In this document: piece after piece, positions 59,500 to 64,000 of the stretch
Layout: each line of letters opens with the position of its first letter
Numbering within the stretch: position 1 is the first letter of the stretch
NCBI GenBank assembly: GCA_030390025.1
Contig: JASTWF010000348.1
Coordinates: forward strand, 1 to 64,000
From: Squalus acanthias
Taxonomy: Eukaryota
DNA length: 64,000 nucleotides
Reading direction: 5' to 3'
Translations under genes and position numbers: made by a program
Notes under the pieces: generated by a model
The model's database searches: none
The model's input: the letters and a program-made list of their open reading frames with translations, nothing else
Told to the model about the DNA's origin: nothing

Positions 59500-60635
59500 G
59501 ATCAAGAGCCAGAGATACGAGGAAAACTAAAAACTCAATCGAGGGGAGGCACTGACTAGCTTTAATATCAGTAAAATAAAATGGGAATGGAGAAAATAAT
59601 GGGACTTAAGCGGGACAAATCTCCAGCACCTGATGGCTTCCACCCCAGGGAATTCCAAGAACATAAGGAATAGGAGCAGGAGTAGGCCATTCGGCCCCTC
59701 GAGCCCGCTCCACCATTCAATAAGATCGTGGCTGATCTTCTACCTCATCTCCACTTTCCTGCACTATCCCCATATCCCTTAATAGTCAAAAATCTATCGG
59801 TCTCTGTCTTGAATATACTCAACGACTGAGCCTCCACAGCCCTCTGGGGTAGAGAATTCCCAAAGATTCACCACCCTCTGAGTGAAGAAATTTCTCCTCA
59901 ACTCAGTCCTAAATGGCCTGCCCCTTATTCTGAGACTGTGACCCCTGGTTCTAGACTCCCCAGCCAGGGGAAACATCCTCCCTGCATCTACCCTGTCAAG
60001 CCCTGTAAGAATTTTGCATGTTCCAATGAGATCACCTCTTATTCTTCTAAACTCTAGAGAACATAGGCCCAGTCTACTGGAAGTCGAGAGGAAATTGTTG
60101 TTGCATTAGTCATGATCTGTCAAAACTCTCTCGATTCAGGAATTATAACCTTGGGTTGGAAAACTGCCAATGTCACTCCATTATTTAAGAAGGGTAGGAG
60201 AGATAACCTGGGAAATTATAGGCCTATCAGTCTAACATCTGTTGTGGGGAAGTTATGAGAATCTGTTATTAGGGACAGAGTGACTGAATATTTGGACAAA
60301 CATGAGCTGATCTGAGAGAGCCAGCATGGATATCTAAAGTTAAGTCATGTCTGACGAACCTCGTTGAATGTTTTGATAAGGTATCTAACATGAGGGAGTG
60401 TCTGTGGGTGTTATTTACATGTACCTCTAGACGACATTCAACAAGGTTCCAGATAAGATATTGTTAACAAAAATGAGAGCATGGAATTGGGGACAACCTA
60501 TTGGCTTGGATAGGGAATTGGTTAGGAGGTAGGAGGTAGAGTGCAGGGATAATGAGTACACACTCTAAGTGGCAGGATGTGACTCGTGGTAAACCCCCAG
60601 GGATCTGTATGAGGGCCTTCGCCTTTCACGAGTTG
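59500..60635 (+). mobile_element. old CR1 RT region containing a nested minus-strand CR1 3' end (59657-60077)
   Basis: DKSPAPDGFHPR..WKTANVTPLFKKG..PGNYRPISLTSVVGK..SQHG, with stops and frameshifts. Confidence 0.82.
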
Positions 60636-60661
60636 ACTTAGCTGAAGGAATAGAGAATTGT

Positions 60662-61680
60662 ATGGATGGAGAGAGGGATGGAGGGAGGGATGGAGGGAGA
60701 GATGGAGGGAGAGATGGAGGGAGAGATGGAGGGAGAGATGGAGGGAGAGAGGGAGGGAGAGATGGAGGGAGGGATGGATGGAGAGATGGAGGGAGGGATA
60801 GAGGGAGAGATGGATGGAGGGAGGGGTGGAGTGATGGATGGAGGGAGGGAGAGATGGATGGAGGGATGGATGGAGAGATGGAGGGAGGGATAGAGGGAGG
60901 GATGGAGGGAGAGATGAAGGAGGGATGGATGGAGGGATGGAGGGAGAGATGGAGGGAGGGATGGATGGATGGAGAAATGGAAGGAGAGATGGATGGAGGG
61001 AGGGATGGAGGGCGAGATGGAGGGAGGGATGGATGGAGGGATGGATGGAGGGCTGGATGGAGGGAGGGAGGGATGGAGGGAGAGATGGAGGGAGAGATGG
61101 ATGGAGGGAGGGATGGATGGAGGGAGAGATGGAGGGAGAGATGGATGGAGGGAGGGATGGAGGGAGAGATGGAGGGAGGGAGGGATGGAGGGAGAGATGG
61201 AGGGAGAGATGGATGGAGGGAGGGATGGAGGGCGAGATGGAGGGAGAGATGGATGGAGGGAGGGATGGAGGGCGAGATGGAGGGAGAGATGGAGGGAGAG
61301 ATGGATGGAGGGCTGGATGGAGGGAGGGATGGATGGAGGGAGAGATGGAGGGAGAGATGGATGGAGGGATGGATGGAGGGATGGATGGATGGAGGGCTGG
61401 ATGGAGGGAGGGATGGATGGAGGGATGGATGGAGAGATGAATGGAGGGATGGATGGAGAGATAGATGGATGGAGAGATGGAGGGAGGGATGGAAAAAGGG
61501 ATGGATGGAGGGAGGGACAAATGGAGAGAGGGAGGGAGGGACAAATGGAGGGATGGATGGAGCGATGGATGAAGGGTGGATGGGTGGAGGGATGGAGAAG
61601 GGATGGAGAGAGGGAGGGACAGAGGGAGGGAGGAATGGATCGATGGATGGAAGGAGGGAGGGAGGGAGGGGGAGGGATGA
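60662..61680 (+). repeat. (GGAT/GGAG)-rich purine tract
   Basis: Direct reading; gatggagggaga-type units. Confidence 0.93.
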
Positions 61681-62544
61681 ACACAGGGACGGACAGACAT
61701 GTCACTCTTTCTTCCTTGAGCCGTAACGATTATCCCAGGGCCTGCTGGGCATGTGATTGCTCAGCGCCCGGCGAGGCTTGTGCAGCGACTATCTGCCCAT
61801 CTCTCCATCTTTCAGAAACTTCCTTTTCCTCACCCTTTCCTTCCTCTGGCACCATCAGATAGTGGCGCGCTAATGGAGATCGAACCTCCAGGCGAACATG
61901 CACGGACTGCAGGCAGCTTGGCCTCCACCCCCCCCCCCCCCCCCCCCCCCCAGGTCATCGTTCTCGCTGCTGCGTGAAGGACAGGGACCCCTGAGGAGGG
62001 AGGGGGGGGGCGTGGTGTGGGAAGGCACGGGAAGAGAAGGAGAGAGAGCATTCGAGTGAGGGGTAAGGGTGGGAGGGGGGGGGAGGTGGCGGGGAGGAAC
62101 TTTGCTAATGCCCCTCCCCCCCGCCCCCCTCCCCATTTCATGGGCTTCTCTGTTCCCTTCCCTTATTGGCCCTGTTCTTCATCCGTATGGCCTACTCCTG
62201 CTCCTAATTCTGATCTTCTTATGTGTCGGTGGGGTATTCGACTACGGGGGCATCACAGCTCTCTTCACTCACTCCCCTCCCCCCCTCCCCCATCACAAGC
62301 ACTTGCTAGCAGGAATCGCTGAATAATAATCAGGGGCTGAATTAGAATGGAACCTGGGCGCTTCCTGCTCTGTGTGTGGGGCTCAGTGCCAATTGCAGCA
62401 CCCCCCCCCCGCCCCCAACCACCCCCCGCCCCCAACCACCCCTTACCGCCCAACCCAGGCTGGGATCAGCTCACTCGGCACAGACCTGTGGGGGGAGGGG
62501 GGGTGGTGGAACCTGGGCCCTCCCTGCTCTGTGCAGGGCGTGGG

Positions 62545-63425
62545 TGAGGGGGGAGATGGGGGGGGAGGGGGGGGAGGAATGGGGGTGAGGGGGGGAGATG
62601 GGGGTGAGGGGGGAGATGGGGGGGTAGGGGGGGTGAGGGGGAGATGGGAGGTAGGGGGGAGATGGGGGAGGGGGGAGGAGGGGGAGATGGGGGGAGGGGG
62701 GAGGACGGGGGAGATGGAGGGAGGAGGGGGGAGATGGGGGGGAGGGGGGAGATGGGGGGAGGGGGGAGATGGGAAGGAGGGGGAGATGGGGGGAGGGGGA
62801 GATGGGGGGAGGGGGAGAGGGGGAGATGGGGGGAGGGGGGAGATGGGGGGGGAGGGGGGCGAGGGAAGGAGATAGGGGGATGGGGGGAGATGGGTGGAGG
62901 GGGGAGATGGGGAGGGGGGAGATGGGGGGGAGATAGGGGCGAGGGGGGAGATTGAGGGAGGGGGGAGAGATGGGGGAGATGGGGAGGAGAGGGGGGGAGG
63001 GGGAAGATGGGGAGGAGAGGGGGAGAGGGGGGGAGGGGGAGATGGGGGAGGGGGAGGAGGGGAGATGGGGGGAGGGGGAGGAAGGGAGATGGGGGAGGGG
63101 GGGAGATGGGGAGAGGGGGGAGATATGGGGGAGATGGGGAGAGGTGGGGAGATATGGGGGGAGGGGGGTAGAGCTGGGGAGGGGGAGAGGAGGGAGATGG
63201 GGGGAGGAAGGGAGATGGGGGGTAGGAAGGGAGAGGAAGGGAGGAGGGGGGAGATGGGGAGGAGGGGGGAGATGGGGGGGAGATGGGGAGGAGGGGGGAG
63301 ATGGGGAGGAGGGGGGAGATGGGGTGAGAGGGGGAGATGGGGAGGGGGGGAGATGGGGGGAGATGGGGGGGATGGGGGAGATGGGGGGGATATGGGGAGG
63401 GGGGGGAGATGGGGGGAGGGGGGGC
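62545..63425 (+). repeat. G-run-rich tract (ggggagatggggga-type units)
   Basis: Dense G4-G7 runs with short spacers. Confidence 0.93.
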
Positions 63426-64000
63426 GAGGCAGCTAACTACTGAAGGACATTGCGAGGTGGCCTGCAGTGCGTTCAGTCGGCCCCACGCCCTGACAAGGTG
63501 AACCAGGGCTGTCTCGGGCGAGTGAACGTCTCCCACATCCAGTGGTGTCAGCTTGTTGAGCAAGGCTGTGACCCTCAGCCAGAAACCAGCTCACGCCCTG
63601 TCATCAGTCAGCGAGCGGCTGCCAGCAACACCGTCCAAAACCGCACAGGAAACAGCGGCTCCCTGTCTTCTGCGTTCATGCTGGAGCTTGACTGAGGCAC
63701 AACCCAGTCAAAGCGTCGAAGCAAATCCAGTCTCCAGACGGTGGGGTGAGGACTGCCACTTTCTCTGGTGCGCTGGGGTGGGGGGGAGAGGTCAGGGCTT
63801 CAGAGGCTGACCTTGCACCCTCTGGGACCCTAGGGTCAGATCCTAGCCCCAGACAGCTCTTTCACTCTGCAATTCTCAAACACCCAGGTTGTTCCCAGAA
63901 CCCAACCCCCGCACCACACCCATCCCCCGCCGGACGCACATCGCCAGGAACTCAACCACCCCCCACCCACTGAGACACATCCAGTCAGTGTACAGATATC

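Noticed and set aside
55189..63563. Pro/Ser/Leu- and Gly/Glu-rich ORFs of 300-460 aa
   Set aside because: Low-complexity tracts that lack stop codons by composition.

Overview
Repeat-dominated vertebrate DNA, most likely from a shark or other elasmobranch (HE1-type V-SINEs, HER1/CR1 LINEs and SacSINE1-like Deu-SINEs recognised from memory, not by database search). Only one host gene is supportable: a + strand leukotriene B4 receptor family GPCR that leans toward BLT2. Its main exon (54137-55181) has no ATG before TM1; a phase-compatible upstream coding exon at 49046-49185 gives a 394-aa model. Upstream lie a ~20.6-kb array of a 45-bp G-skewed minisatellite with higher-order duplications, three arrays of an 88/90-bp palindrome-bearing satellite, and opposed (GA)n/(CT)n blocks. 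Nested mobile elements include many CR1 fragments, L2, HE1 and Deu-SINEs, two MITE families with 3-bp TSDs, a probable solo LTR with a 4-bp TSD, and Penelope-like elements. The Penelope-like elements carry minimal hammerhead ribozyme motifs in fold-back arrangements. A 43-bp minisatellite derives from a CR1 3' end. I found no clearly new system; the best leads are the tiny ribozyme-bearing fold-back elements, the split receptor N-terminus, the solo LTR and the structured giant array. Boundaries of degenerate repeats are approximate.
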